NCBI GenBank assembly: GCA_003344405.1
Contig: NOWV01000003.1
Coordinates: 558,001 to 622,000, forward strand
Origin: Trichoplax sp. H2
Lineage: Eukaryota
Direction of reading: 5' to 3'
Length of the DNA stretch: 64,000 nt
Below, piece after piece: positions 14,639 to 26,644 of this stretch; position 1 is the first letter of the stretch; each line of letters starts with the position of its first letter. A program made the translations under genes and the position numbers. The notes under the pieces are model-generated. The model worked only from the letters and a program-made list of their open reading frames with translations. It was not told the DNA's origin and did not search any database.

Positions 14639-14676
14639 CATGGACTATTAAAGTTATGGTATTTTAGAAGTCCATG
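14639..14676. mobile_element. Ultra-short TIR element (CATGGACT...AGTCCATG)
   Basis: Terminal inverted repeat. Flanks gtacagt/gtgcagt. Confidence 0.45.
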
Positions 14677-15496
14677 GTGCAGTAGGTTTGAAGCTCTTAC
14701 AAAATCGTGTACTTAGTACGTGCCGAAATTTTAAGGCGATAAATTTATGAAACTAATGATACGAGCATCAATGCTACGATTATAATAATTAATTTAATAC
14801 TGTACGCCAACTAAGCCGACATATTTACGTATCTCGCTAAATAAATGCTTGCAAAGTACATATAATTATATACGTATATAAGGTTGCATGACCATTTAAT
14901 TACACAGTAATTGCAATTATAATTATCCAAGTAATCAAATTCTGCACCGTGCACACCGGAGCACTGACTGCACATAGTAACTTAGAAATATTATTAATTA
15001 TTCAAACCAAGTTAATCGTTATAATAGCTACTATACTTATATTTTTATCATCGATTTTTCTCTTATATATATATATTATTATGCCCGTACTGTATTTTTG
15101 TATCGCTTCATTCTACTTTGCGTACGCGTACAGTAATTACAGGATTTGCTATTTATGACTTTGAGTCGTTATGAATAAGAAAGTTAGTTGGAGCAATTTC
15201 AAAGAGTATTTATGCGAGTAGAGCTGGCATATTTATATTCCTAACATTTGATGTATTATTACAGAAAATACACAGATCTAAGATACTACGCGTATAGTGT
15301 AGATTACAGTATACAAAGTCCATTGTGAATTTCGTTATATGTTAATAACACCACGATAGCTGTATGCAGGACGAAGACCTTCGTAGTGATAGAATCATAA
15401 CGCCAGACGTTGGAAAATTACAGGAAAAATAGTCCTGTAAGTCTACTTGCGTGTCTATCCTATGTATTCATAGCTCTTTTATCTTCAGTTTCAAGG

Positions 15497-15757
15497 TTAA
15501 TGAGTCTTAAATTTCCATGACTGGCGGCACATTGGACAAGTCTGATCTTGATAATTCTGTGATTGCAACCATTTCAAAATACAATGTACATGAAAACAAT
15601 GCGAACATTCACCCCATACTATTGTACAATCATCACCAGGTAGTTTACACTCCGGGCAGCAAGAATCGAAGGGCATTCTACAGATACCACAATTGTCATC
15701 ATTCACTTGCCATTTCCAACTTGCTACACCTATCCATTTCTGTATAGTTACTTTCAT
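15497..15757 (-). CDS. ANAPC11: Anaphase-promoting complex subunit 11 (RING-H2), single coding exon, 86 aa
   Basis: MKVTIQKWIGVASWKW...CGICRMPFDSCCPECKLPGDDCTIVWGECSHCFHVHCILKWL...CPMCRQSWKFK. Confidence 0.97.
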   Translation of the reverse strand: MKVTIQKWIGVASWKWQVNDDNCGICRMPFDSCCPECKLPGDDCTIVWGECSHCFHVHCILKWLQSQNYQDQTCPMCRQSWKFKTH

Positions 15758-15807
15758 GATAATTTTGACTTTAGGTTCACTACCGAGTAAAACTTTCGCC
15801 AGATATT

Positions 15808-16361
15808 GTACTGTATCTTGATCTTTTAACCGTGGCTGTACAGTAAGTACTGTTCTGTGCTGAACTGCCTAGTGTACAGTATCATGGACTACTTACTACA
15901 GTACTGTACACTGTACAGCGTGGACTGCACCGGAGATGTCGTGCACCCAGAGGTCTTCATGGTCTAGTCCGAACCCTGTGTACAGTATAGCGCGTTTAAC
16001 CGCCACTCAAATTTGAAATCACGCATGCAGAATGACTGGTTAAATCATCACAGCGATAAAAGAAAAAACTTTTTATCTTGGGTTCGGTACTACACAGTAC
16101 AGTACAGTACAGTACGATAAGTTAGCACTGTACAGTACAGTACAGTACAGTATGCTTTTTTCTGAACTCTACAGTACAGTACAGTATGCTTTTTTCTGAA
16201 CTCTACAGTACAGTACACTGTAAATGTATGTACAGTACTGTACTGTACAGTACTATGGAACCAGTCTTTTTGCCTACGGACTTTTCTTTTTCTTGACATT
16301 TTATTGGTCTCTATGGTACAGTACAACACTCGTTTGGTTTTAATACTCGCGTGTACAGTAC
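15808..16361. repeat. ACAGT/ACTGT pentamer tracts in the ANAPC11 / WH2-gene bidirectional promoter, including a ~34-bp tandem duplication near 16135-16210
   Basis: Directly visible (tacag)n runs and the repeated unit tacagtacagtacagtatgctttttt(t)ctgaactc. Confidence 0.85.
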
Positions 16362-16466
16362 TTCACCTACAGTATTACATTGAGCAACCATATTATTCAA
16401 TTTGAGTGTCGGCTTCAACGTTGAAACATTTCGACTTGGAACTAATCACTGAGTTCAGAGCTAAAA

Positions 16467-16859
16467 ATGGAAGTAACTTCATCTCCAGATAAACTTGGCA
16501 AATTTGAGGATGCCCCTCCCTTGTCGAAGACTTATTGCCAACGTATAAGTGTTGAAGAATATGAACAAGTAGGAGAAGAAGCTACTCGTACAGCGTTAAA
16601 AAACTTAGTGTCCAATTTAGAAGCTGATTCGGAATTATACAAGCGAGTGTTGCGAAAAAGAAAGCAGGAATCTTTAGAAAATTCCGGCCTTTTTAGCTAT
16701 GTGAAATGTAAAATATATTCGTTTCTAAATTACACTGAGCATTTGCAAATATCAGATGAAGATTACCACAATGAAATAGAGCGGTTAAAGTATAATATTA
16801 TAAATGCCTTCAATTATGCTCAAGGTGAGGATTGTAGCAAAGTGACTATCATTAAATCG

Positions 16860-16899
<40 letters not shown>

Positions 16900-18561
16900 T
16901 AGACAGCACATACAGTATACAAATTTCTATTACATTCATATGGGAATAACGGGACACATTATGCAACCACACTACTATGCTTACAGCAATTGATCAGCCT
17001 AGCCATAACCACAGATTTCTGTCGCGTGCAATCAGTAAGGGAAAGCAAAAATATTATTAAAATCAGCTAACAACAATTATAATCATAACTAGTGTATTAC
17101 TTCATAATAGCAAATGAAATTGAAAAATAAAAACATCTTAACACAGTCCAAAGCTTTCAATCGTCGAAGAAGAATGTAGCATCGTACAACAGAGCGCGAC
17201 ATTTATCATATGCAGGGATACTACAAATATAGATTGTATACGGATAATATAACATTTTAATTATAATTATGACACAAACGAAGGTAATATCGAGTTAAAA
17301 ACTATATAGTGACTTTAAACAATATAAGATACAACAATGTTATAGATTATACAGTATACAGTATACTATACAATATCCTATCAGCATTGACGACTATATT
17401 ATATAGAAGATTACTGGAAGAAGTCTCCAGGAGTCCTTATACGCACCTAAATTTAGTTAAAAATTTTCAATGGAGGTCCATCAAAGGTATAGAAAGTAGT
17501 TATAATTTATTCATTGGTACTTTAGTTACGAGTAAAACATGAAGCAAATTCATTGAGAGTAAAACACTATTACTTGTATTGAGTAGCAGCTTATCTTATG
17601 TTTATGGTTAGAACAATAAAATAGAGCCTCACTTTATCGTATAACTTTACTATGCTTGAGCACAACCTTTGACTTGGTAAGTCTCACAGAAATCTAATTA
17701 GCCTCTTAAGATAGGAATGACAGCTTCTCATTCAGATCTACAATAAGAATAATAAATAGAACGATTTAGCGAATTTATGCATTCGGACTATAAGTGTAAC
17801 TTCAGGTATTATTGAATTAGTTAATTAATTTTATTTTATTCGCCATCCTATGTAACAATTCGATAACGATTAGACACGAAAACTTTAAAAATAATAGGAC
17901 AGTCCTTTATTTATAATGTAGTCGAAAGGTTTGACATGGGTGTACTGTATTCAGACTACTCACTGCATAGATGAAAGGTATTACATTACCTTATGCATAT
18001 CTAGACCTCATTTCTATACCATGAATACTACTACAAGTATTATCTTTTTGTTGTAAGACAGATATCATGAAATAGGCATACTTTAAATATCCATCGCTAG
18101 TAGTGTGCTATTCGTTCGTGTATGCGTCTGACTTTGTGTCCAGTATCATGAATTTCACGAATGATGCCACGAAATCATTACCACCGAATTTGAAATTTTT
18201 AAGATTCTGATCGTCCATGTCTTATTACTCTTGATTTTTTTTTCGTCCATGTATGCAACTACCAGATAGACGTATTATTTTAAGCTAATCATCTAGAATA
18301 AATGATATATAATTATTTATATTGTGTTAGTAAAATTGTTGTAATGTGAAAATGTCGACGATAAAGAATATCTACATCTCACTTTTGTAGAATCTAAACT
18401 CAATAAAGACCAGAGATATTCCCGCAGATTAATAGAAAAAAAAAGTAAAGACATGATTGAAAAAATGATCCAGTCTTCTATAACTGAAATAGAACAAAAA
18501 GCCGAATCTTCCTCTTCATCTTGTTACCAACAAAGGGAATCTGCTCAAGTAACTCTTAAAG

Positions 18562-18592
<31 letters not shown>

Positions 18593-19414
18593 ACCACCAC
18601 CATTGCCCAGCGCACCCATTATGAGTAGTACTGATGGAAATACACGTAATCCCGAAAAGGTAAATGAATTTACTAGAATATCTGCACCTCCCATAGAAGC
18701 AAGCACTTCCATTTATACTATTTACATGAATCAGTTTGAAACCTTATCGCTTGTAGGTTACTGTAAAAAATTTAAAAAGCCTAACGATTGCTAAATTTTA
18801 TTTTATTTGTAAATAAAGAAACTTGGTAATCAATCTGAGTTGGACAAGAAAAATGAGTAAAATTTCCTAGTTGTATTTATATTTTGATTGGGATTACGTT
18901 ATATACTATTTACTGTAGAGTAAATAAATTTAATTTTTTTCAACTTTAATCTTTTTAAATAGATTTACAACAGAATCAACCAAAAATACCTCTTCTATTG
19001 AATCTACGAATTTAGAAGCAAATAAGAAATGTCCTAGTGTCGACGAGACTTCTTTGCACGATTCTATAATGTCTGTAATTAAGGATGGATCTGCTTTGGC
19101 AAGTTTGCGTAAAACGAGGTAAGATGTTGTTTTCCCGGGATGAAACAGATTCTGTTAACTGATATAATGGCTTTAAAACTTCTAAATAGTTTACTTCCTA
19201 TCTTAAACAATTAAACAGTGCCGATGATGATCAAATTGAAATCAAAAGACGTCGATTGCAACAAGAGGATAATGACGCCATGAAAAAATTTTTTAACGAA
19301 AAGCTCATCGATAAATTTAAGAATGTCGCTCGTAGTCCGGAAGTTTCTGACATATCCAATAATTCAGGGTTCGATGATGTCGTAAATACTCATAATGGTA
19401 GTTGGTTACAGTAA
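16467..19414 (+). CDS. Uncharacterised polyproline + WH2 (VCA-like; PRR11/MTFR-like C-helix) protein. Exons 16467-16824, 18391-18659, 18819-18856, 18963-19118, 19219-19414 (338 aa)
   Basis: Phase-consistent GT-AG/AAG exon chain. P12 tract, WH2-like SLHDSIMSVIKDGSALASLRKT, C-terminal helix FFNEKLIDKFKNV, tail ending GSWLQ. Exon 3 is the least certain. Confidence 0.75.
16867..16896. repeat. (TA)n microsatellite, intronic
   Basis: ~15 TA units. Confidence 0.95.
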
Positions 19415-20454
19415 CCATTACAAAATACTCATACGGTATAAATATGCGTTTATATGCATTATACACTCTCTAGTCAACACTTTCTTCTTAAGACATGTAC
19501 TAACATAAAGCTTGTCCTAAGAAAAGTTATAATCAGTCAAACAGTACCAATTGATACCACAAATATGCTATATCGTATTCTAATACGTATTCAATTTTAA
19601 TGAACTTTTCGCAGAAAATTACGTAGATAGATTTTAACCAATGTATTAAAAGAATCATTATTCTTAATCAGTTCACAGGCAATAATGTAATTATCTTAAG
19701 TTATTTTGCTAAATCACGACACAGAATACCGCATACAATTATATTTTCACTCTATATCATTTATTTCCCTTCCGAGTTGAATCATTGTCCATAAAACAAT
19801 ATTAGTAGCTTATCATTATTATGATAATGAAGCACATGACTTAGCATACAATTTCCTATACAGCAACTGAATATTAGCCCCTAAATACTCTTGTAGGTAT
19901 CTGTACAAAAACTATACACGTAAATAAAATGATCTTTCCAATATAGCCTCAACTACCTTTCATTACTAATTTTTGAACTACTGCCATCAGGTTTTGGATA
20001 TGATCCTTAGCAATGATATTTAAATATGTTATTGATACACTGTACATCATATAATGTATGATGTTCGATATTTGTAACTTTGAATAATTTTTATTACAAT
20101 TGTTCATCGCAACCCTAATTGTACTTCGTGCGGGTTATACTAGGGACTCCCAAGAATCTCTAAATATATAAGTAACCATGTTATTATATGTACTCCATAC
20201 CAATATTAGGTTAATACTATAGATGGTAATATTATAAATATCCAGTAAAAACAGGTAGGAGTAAAATCAAAGACTACAATAGCACTTCTCCAGACGTACT
20301 TACTACTACTTATCAGTCAAAATATACTATTTAGGAGCGATATTACTTCCAATTGTTGATCATACATAGTAAAGACTCAAAACCTGTTCATTTCGTCAAG
20401 GACAGCACAAAAGTCGTGTAGTAAATTAGACAATTACAACAAATCCGTTCATCA

Positions 20455-23400
20455 TTAAACGGACGCGCCAAAAAAACCGTGATTCTTGACACGTTGCCCT
20501 CTTAAAGAATAGAAGGACCAGATCAAAATCTGTATAACAGATGCTACGATAGGGACCAAACAAATCATGCTGAACATGGCTTGTCTTAATTCCGGTTTAG
20601 CGGGAATAGTCACTGCTAAAAGTCATAAAATTCTTTGTAAGATAAAATTTGTAATTCTATAGATTTCAGAATATATTAGTCGACGATAGTTTTCTTAAAA
20701 ACAATCCTATAGAACTTATCTAAATATTAATAATGCTTTATTACAACCTTGACTTCCGTGCTACCAGGGCAATCACCGAAAAGAATTTCATGCAATAAAA
20801 TTGAATTAAAATATATTTGCATTGTACTACTACTTTTGAAATTTAAGTAAGATAACGAACCTGGTAACCATAGCCGGTTAGAAAACTAACTACAAACATG
20901 GGAGCTAATGATTGGGCAGGCTTAGTAAAGAGAGCATTGGTACCAAAAATCATAGAGGAGATTGGAGCCCTTACAAAATTTTAAAATTTTAATTTCACCA
21001 TGGTTAACAATTTGCCATGAAATTATAGTGAAGCACTACTATAGGACAAGTTATTTACATGGATGTATTGCAATTATTATACCTTCTCTTATATTTAGCC
21101 CTGTCATCATCAATGATATCCGAGACGGATAAATTGAATAAAGAAAATGTGGCTTCTGGTAAACTCCTACAGATCAAAATTAAAATCAATTACATATTGA
21201 AACAAGTTTGGTAAGACAATTCTTTTTATACAGTACAGTACATACCTATCCAATACCATAAAGAATATTAAAAATATCATATTACTAGGACCACTTAAAA
21301 ACATTGCTAGTGCCAGTGCGAACTAAGTGTACAAGCGAAAGAACATGAGAGTTAATACAGTAGCATATAAGCAGATTTCTTGAGGTAAAGTTGAGTATAT
21401 TTCTTCAACAAATTTACCTTGACGAAAAACGAAACCATTATGCAACGGTATGATCCGAATCTTGCCAGCAATGGGGAAAACAAAAGAACCAGTATCTTAT
21501 CCGAGAATTAATATAACCTTAACTGACATAAACTTATAATAGCTTCCTTATGGTAAGATTACTAAGGCACCTGAGGTAAAACGAAGGCAGAACCAGCCAT
21601 AATGCTCCTTGCTTGCTATTAAGATATTAAATATGTTTTTAGGTTAATAATTTAACAAGATTTGCGCAGTAATTCATTACACTTACGGGAAGTAAAGACG
21701 AACCAATCAAGTTGTCCGCGAAAATTGAAAAGAAATTACTGCCAATAGTATTATGAAAAATCTAGGTTGATACAAAATGGTAATAATGTAAATAAACTTA
21801 AATATAAATATAAACATAATATATATATGTTCTGTTGGTATAATTTCTCTAATTGCTATAAAACTAATCAATATAATCTCAATTGAAAGTAACTTTCTTG
21901 AGAGCTTTAAGCTCTTACCTGTAAAAAATTCATCAATACGAATAAGGCTATCATTATAGAGTAAAACATTGAAGATCAGAACATTATTTTTACAAAAGAA
22001 TTAGTACACAAAAGCGGCATCTTTCTTAAAAAATTGTATTGTATATCAAATAGAATAATAAATTTACCAAACTGCTTGTTGGTTGTAATTTGCTTAAACA
22101 AGGTGTACAATGTAATATCTGATAACGGATTGTCATCTTCGCCTAATATTTCATAGAAAGGTAGCATCATTGTAACAAAATATGAAGACACTATATGGAT
22201 CTAATTTTCAAGTTTATATTCAACTTCGCAGTACTAATAAGCTCTTACCGCTATCAATCAGGACGGAGTTAGAGCTTTCTGCATCAGAAATATTAATCGC
22301 ATATCTTGCTGTGTATGTCATTGCAAAGTAGCTGATACTCGCAATAACAACACAACAGATTTGGAAATATCTAAAATATTTCAACTAGTAATAAAAAATC
22401 TATTCAGTAAATCAAAATAATTCATTTTGCTACAATTTCAGATCCAAGCAAAGCCTAGAACCTGATTGCATTGTTCCTCTTATCAATGTACACTTGTACA
22501 GTATAGCATTCGAAATTACGAATTCAGATATCGTAAGTTAGTCAATATAACAGCTGACTACTACTGTAGACGTAAAATTATTACTTTTTATTTGAAAGAA
22601 AGTAATCGCAAAGACATACATTTTGAGATATAAGTTCAGTAAATAAAACGGCGCTAGATCCAATTATTGATGCTATTTGGCTGAAGTGCAATAGTATAAC
22701 AAAGATAGTTAATCTTTAGCAAACTTCGAACGAATAGACCTAAATAATGATAAATTATCTATATTGGTGTGAAAAGTGAGAGTTAAACATTAATTACCTG
22801 TATTTAAGGACTGTTTGTCTGTCAGATTCCTTGGTAGCGATTTCAGCAAACAAAGCACACTGTGCTAAGAGAACTGTTAAGAAGACATACAATACATTCA
22901 AATCAATTCACCAGAGGTGTGTGAATGTTATACATGTGTGCCTTATACTGTACATATACGACTCGTATTTCTAAGTTTATACAGTATAACATTACCATAC
23001 GTAAACATGCCATCGTAAAAACAGAGAGAGGTAATCAAATGCATTCCAACTACCCAATCGCTGTCACCAAAGGCCGTCCAAGGTATCCAAGGAATTAAAA
23101 AGCTATAAATTTACAGGTAATTCAAAACATTGAAATATCAATTAGAACATAACAAGGCTATTGCCTCTATAACAGGAGAAAGTTCATCATTATCATTAAC
23201 GGTCTATCACAAACACTATAAGGGTGCTAATTTCCTAAGTAGTGCAGACCTTAACGCAAATATGGGAGCTCCATATAAAATTGCAGTCCTGCGGCGGCGT
23301 GAGAAGGCAACTTTGGAACTATCCTGAGTAATAAAGCAGAACTTTTGACTTGCAACAAAATACTGTGCATGCTTAAGATGGAAATCCATTTATAATTGCG

Positions 23401-24299
23401 AATCACCGATTTCCATTTAACTGTAAGTTATGTCCTTTTGTATCTTATAGTATTATAACCACTTACAAAATTATAATATAAAATCAATTTCACTAACTCA
23501 ATTTTACTTAGTAAGGTTATTCTTACTTGTAAATAGCCAAATAATGGATCATTAATTGCATTCCACACCAAGTAAATGAGCTGAGCGCGATAAAACCAGG
23601 TATTATTAATTCTAAAGGGCAAATGATTTACAAGAAAACGATTAAAGATGGTGTCAGAAACATTATCAAATGAAAATCCTTCTGAAAAAGAAGCGGACGC
23701 TAAACTCCAAGTTAATACAAGCAAGATCTCAAGCGGCATCTTATGGGTACTTTAATCTTATTGTGGCTCTGACTTAATTGCCCGTTACATTTATGTGCTT
23801 AATAATAATTGACAGTAAAGTTAACGTCAATCAATGAATTATAACTTGGAAAAAATTCTGATGGACTAACAGCTTTAAAGATTGCTAGCAAATATGAAAC
23901 TACAGCTCCACCTAACGTTACTTATCAGTTCTAGAAATTCTTAAATCTATCTATGCATATGCTATTGCTAAAATAGATTACATAAAGCTTCACGTAATGT
24001 ATTTTAGTAGTATCAATAGCAGAAAAAGATAACATACTACTTTTCAATGGATATCCTATTAAATAAGATCTAATGACAAGTCATTATATGCCATAGTAGA
24101 GCTAAGTTATAAACATAATAATAAATATTCAAGTTACTTATTACATGAATAGATAGACTGAAATTAATACAAGAAGCACTATAATCTACCTGTAGCCATT
24201 GAGAAATAATTTGATGTAATAGAACTGAAAGATAGAGTTCATCATGGACGCAGCCAAGGTCGTCGACGCATATGCAATAGCACTCTTGGTAATCGACAT
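20455..24299 (-). CDS. MFSD13A: MFS-type transporter MFSD13A/TMEM180-like, multi-exon
   Basis: MSITKSAIAYASTTLAASMMNSIFQFYYIKLF; WFYRAQLIYLVWNAINDPLFGYLQD; RRRTAILYGAPIFALSFLIPW; HLITSLCFYDGMFTYV; GTNALFTKPAQSLAPM; QILIWSFYSLRG are TMEM180-family motifs. Confidence 0.88.
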
Positions 24300-24959
24300 T
24301 TTTTCATTCCTGACGTTAGAGAGTGTATACTAAGTAAAACACGTTAGCCACGCGCTTTATGTCATTTATACAACATATACGAAATACTATACTCGTATAA
24401 ACGCGAATATATATCCGTAAATTCCTTACGTTTTACTGTAAGAATAGGCAGATTAGACCAGAACGTAATTAAAAGTAGAAGTTCCACAATTCAAATGCAC
24501 AAGAAGCGGTAAATAGACTAGAATTATGGCATAACGATAAAGAGAGAAAGCGAATGTACACAGTTAATTTTTAAAGTGAATAATAGTATACAGTACTTTC
24601 TGTGTTATATTAGATTAGATTTTAGATTTTATTACATTTTATTATGGACGTGAAACTAATACAAAGTAGATATCTAATCAACCAACGAGCCACTTTGAAC
24701 TTATTCCCATTGCGTGGGTTATGTACTGTTTCGCTTACGATAGAGATTGTACTCAGTAAGTACTGAGTGCCTTTAACTCGCATTTCATATATCGCGAAAG
24801 TTTCTATATTTCTCCTTTAATACTACATACAGTTCAGTAATATTGAGGGTTTATTGTGTATAATAGCATGAGTGCTATGCTGTACTGGTGTACTGTATTG
24901 GACATCCATTCATACGATCCGTACTGTACGCGTATATTGTATGTACATGTGTTACTTAC

Positions 24960-25002
24960 CAGGGACTTCTCTTATTGATGAATGACGAACGAGAAGTCCC
25001 TG
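24960..25002. mobile_element. Ultra-short TIR element (CAGGGACTTCTC...GAGAAGTCCCTG)
   Basis: Perfect 12-bp TIR. Flanks tacttac/tactaac. Confidence 0.55.
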
Positions 25003-26015
25003 TACTAACTAATGCTAGCATCCATACAGTATAACACCTGCTGCCCAGATTGTATAGTACAATAATTAGCAAGTAGTAGCTATGCAGTACATCTTAATCT
25101 CTAAAATAGACAATGATAAGAATTCTTCCGTGTTGTTGCTTCGTCGGCATACGACCACTGTCTATATGATCATACACTGTATACCACAAACTTCGATATA
25201 TCTAGATTTGATTTGATTTATACCTAAATCACTTCCGTTCCAATATCTAGCTAATAAGAGTCGCAAATTAAATCATACGCTAAGTTCTCTAATACGATAT
25301 CGAGAATGTACGTTTCACGTCACCAGTCCCAAGCGCTGGGGTATACTAACATAACTATTAGTTACCTTTACTACAACTGAAATCGGTAGTTCGGTACACC
25401 TCGTCATAATTATAGTTATCACAGTCATAACTAATAGCTATAGGGTCACCATTACCGTATGTTGTTGATAATATTGTACTGTACTGTACAGTACTGTACT
25501 TTTAGAACTCCAGGTTCGTGAGAGTTTCATTTCTAGATTTGCATCATGCTCATACGCGTATACGTCTAGAGTGTATAATTTTTCTTACTCACGTATGAGT
25601 CAGTAAGTGCAAGGCATATACAGTAGTTAATAAATCAAATACTGAACATTGCATTTAGTATTTGTTGTCACGCAATCCGCTGAACAATGTTTTCGGTATT
25701 TGTGCAAGCCCATGAATCATGATTCGTACAGTATCGTATATGGTAGTACGATCTTGTGTACTTATAGTATATTGATATCTACGTTACTTAAAATAATGGT
25801 CCAGTCTGTCTTGGTGTCGGGTAGACAAAAATATATGTAAATGTAAATACTGTATGTACTATATGTTAAATAATTTTACAATGTCAAATATATTTTGCTC
25901 TAGCATAGAATCATCAATTACCTCAAGTTTCTACATCCAATGTTCGCCTTTGAACCTCAAGATGAAATAGTCACAGCCAAAGTTGCATAAAATTTTGTAA
26001 TAATTATAATTTACT

Positions 26016-26556
26016 ATACTGTACTATATACTGTACAGTGTACACTGTACTGTATACAATAGTTAGAATTCGTTTAGTCCTCCAACAAAACAGTTATAAC
26101 AAATCAAGTAACAAGCTGATCGCCGATGCACGCAGATTCATATATTCTGCACATCTAACAAGAATTCAACATTAAATACATTCCAATTCTAGCATACTGT
26201 ACATATACGGCATACTAACTACTGTATTCCAATCTATAGTATACTGTATACCTTATTCAGCGAACAATTTAGCAACACCAACCACATTCTTGAACACTCA
26301 AACATTTAACTAGGAGCAGCGACATCGTCGATCCTTATGGTATAACAAGGCTGAAACTAGAAGTGCGACACTGTACTGTACACTGTATAGTACAGTATAA
26401 TCGTAATAAGTACTGCTATTAGTTAAGGTTCACTAACTGATTTCATGCTATTGTTGTACAGCACAGTACTGTATCAGAACACTAAAGTCTACAGTACAAC
26501 AGTACAGTACTATACTGTATTTTACAGTAGTTCGGACTCTCGCATACTGTACAGTA
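26016..26556. repeat. ACAGT/ACTGT pentamer tracts upstream of TRAPPC11
   Basis: Clusters at ~26016-26056 and ~26370-26556, ending ~90 bp before the ATG. Confidence 0.75.
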
Positions 26557-26644
26557 GATCTCTACGATCTCGATGACGCTACCAAATCTGAAAGTCGTAG
26601 AGTTTAGTTACGCATGCTTATTGATACGATCGATTCTTACCAAG

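Noticed and set aside
16090..16329. 79-aa YCTV-rich ORF (also 44451-44822)
   Set aside because: Artefact of ACAGT repeats, which lack stop codons
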